Part shown: in pieces, positions 5,357 through 5,543 of the stretch
Layout of the letters: the number at the start of each line of letters is the position of its first letter
How positions within the stretch are numbered: the first letter of the stretch is position 1
IMG/VR virus record: IMGVR_UViG_3300020030_000330
Span: 1-5,543 of that record
Reading direction: 5' to 3' (one strand)
DNA: 5,543 nt
Origin: a virus
Notes under the pieces: model-generated
Told to the model about the DNA's origin: nothing
Database searches by the model: none
The model's input: the letters and a program-made list of their open reading frames with translations, nothing else
Position numbers and translations under genes: made by a program

Positions 5357-5389
5357 AAATTGTGCTTGCTTGCAAGTGCAATTTTTTTT
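5357..5389 (+). terminator. Rho-independent terminator closing the + strand transcription unit.
   Basis: ATTGTGCTTG (5359..5368) pairs with CAAGTGCAAT (5373..5382) in a 10-bp stem with loop CTTG. Two of the pairs are G-U and form only in + sense RNA. A run of 8 T (5382..5389) follows immediately, and AAA precedes the stem. Confidence 0.75.
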
Positions 5390-5511
5390 GATTATTGATG
5401 ACCTATTCCCTGGAGATTTTGTATGACAAGGTACCTCTGAAAATCAACGCTTTGCATTCGTTCCTTGTTTTTATAAATAATAAATTATAATAATTTTAAT
5501 TATCAAAAAGT
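5390..5511 (+). promoter_or_regulatory. AT-rich non-coding region that continues into 1..162 across the circular junction. It probably holds the promoter and/or origin, but no motif could be pinned down.
   Basis: With 33..162 it forms the only long gene-free stretch. It is extremely AT-rich at 5470..5525. TATAAT-like hexamers occur at 5486..5491 and 5517..5522, but without convincing -35 partners. I found no Bacteroidota-type TAnnTTTG motif. Confidence 0.3.
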
Positions 5512-5543
5512 ATAAATATAATGTTAAAAGGTCGAATGCACTT
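5512..5543. repeat. Terminal redundancy, copy 2 (identical to 1..32).
   Basis: Exact 32-nt match to the window start. Confidence 0.9.

Noticed and set aside
5297-5360. Possible self-cleaving ribozyme. The segment has hammerhead-like elements (TTGATG ... stem ... GAAAG) and an HDV-like tail (hairpin followed by AATGAGCGAAAG, resembling AAUGGCGAAUGGGAC).
   Set aside because: I could not place the CUGANGA/GAAA core around a proper three-way junction on either strand. I also could not find P1/P2/P3 partners in the HDV-like nested topology. The resemblance is limited to a hairpin followed by a purine-rich tail, and a covariance-model search is needed.
5156-5409. 8-nt direct repeat CCTATTCC (5156..5163 and 5402..5409) flanking much of the GC island, as a possible target-site duplication.
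   Set aside because: Hundreds of 8-mer coincidences are expected in 5.5 kb. The left copy lies inside the GC-rich segment rather than at its edge, and there are no terminal inverted repeats.
5398-5490. 30-aa ORF (MTYSLEILYDKVPLKINALHSFLVFINNKL) downstream of the terminator.
   Set aside because: It is very short, runs into the extreme AT-rich tract, has no distinguishing features, and sits after a strong terminator with no identifiable promoter.
5465-5522. Sigma70-like hexamers: TTGTTT at 5465..5470 with TATAAT at 5486..5491, and a second TATAAT at 5517..5522.
   Set aside because: The spacing is 15 nt for the first pair, and the second has no credible -35 element. TATAAT-like strings are expected by chance in sequence that is nearly all A/T. 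The likely host may not use sigma70-type promoters.
5502-5529. dif/XerCD-like site (TAATGTTAAAA resembles the XerD arm TTATGTTAAAT) at the circular junction, which would suggest Xer-mediated lysogeny.
   Set aside because: Only about 19 of 28 positions fit the general dif consensus as I recall it. The XerC-arm side (ATCAAAA) does not match at all, and the background is extremely AT-rich. Its position at the window ends is an arbitrary result of where the assembly was cut.
1-5543. Scan for tRNA, rRNA, CRISPR arrays, integrase or transposase genes and terminal inverted repeats.
   Set aside because: I found no T-arm/acceptor pattern (GGTTCGAATCC-like), no spaced direct repeats of CRISPR length, and no ORF with recombinase motifs.

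Overview
The window is one complete circular Microviridae (gokushovirus-like, not phiX-like) ssDNA phage genome. Bases 1..32 are identical to 5512..5543, so this is an assembly overlap and the unit length is 5511 nt. All supportable genes lie on the + strand. In order they are: two small unknown ORFs (163..450 and about 428..694), replication initiator VP4 (709..1683, an HUH/Tyr rolling-circle endonuclease), major capsid VP1 (1696..3297), a hairpin, an acidic 104-aa protein with a 13-residue poly-Ala run (3367..3681), a perfect 13-bp hairpin, minor capsid/pilot VP2 (3756..4793), an unlisted 31-aa hydrophobic peptide ORF (4826..4921), and an overlapping 136-aa ORF with a signal-peptide/lipobox-like N-terminus (4909..5319). 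No start codon is preceded by a Shine-Dalgarno sequence, and the core genes strongly prefer T at codon third positions. The most unusual feature is a GC-rich, palindrome- and hairpin-dense island at about 5131..5351. It is about 64-68% GC, against roughly 30-47% in lines I sampled elsewhere. It covers the 3' half of the 136-aa ORF, ends in a long hairpin, and is followed by a clean intrinsic terminator (5357..5389). I cannot tell whether it is foreign coding sequence, a structured RNA, or an ssDNA replication element. I saw no tRNA, rRNA, CRISPR array or transposase.
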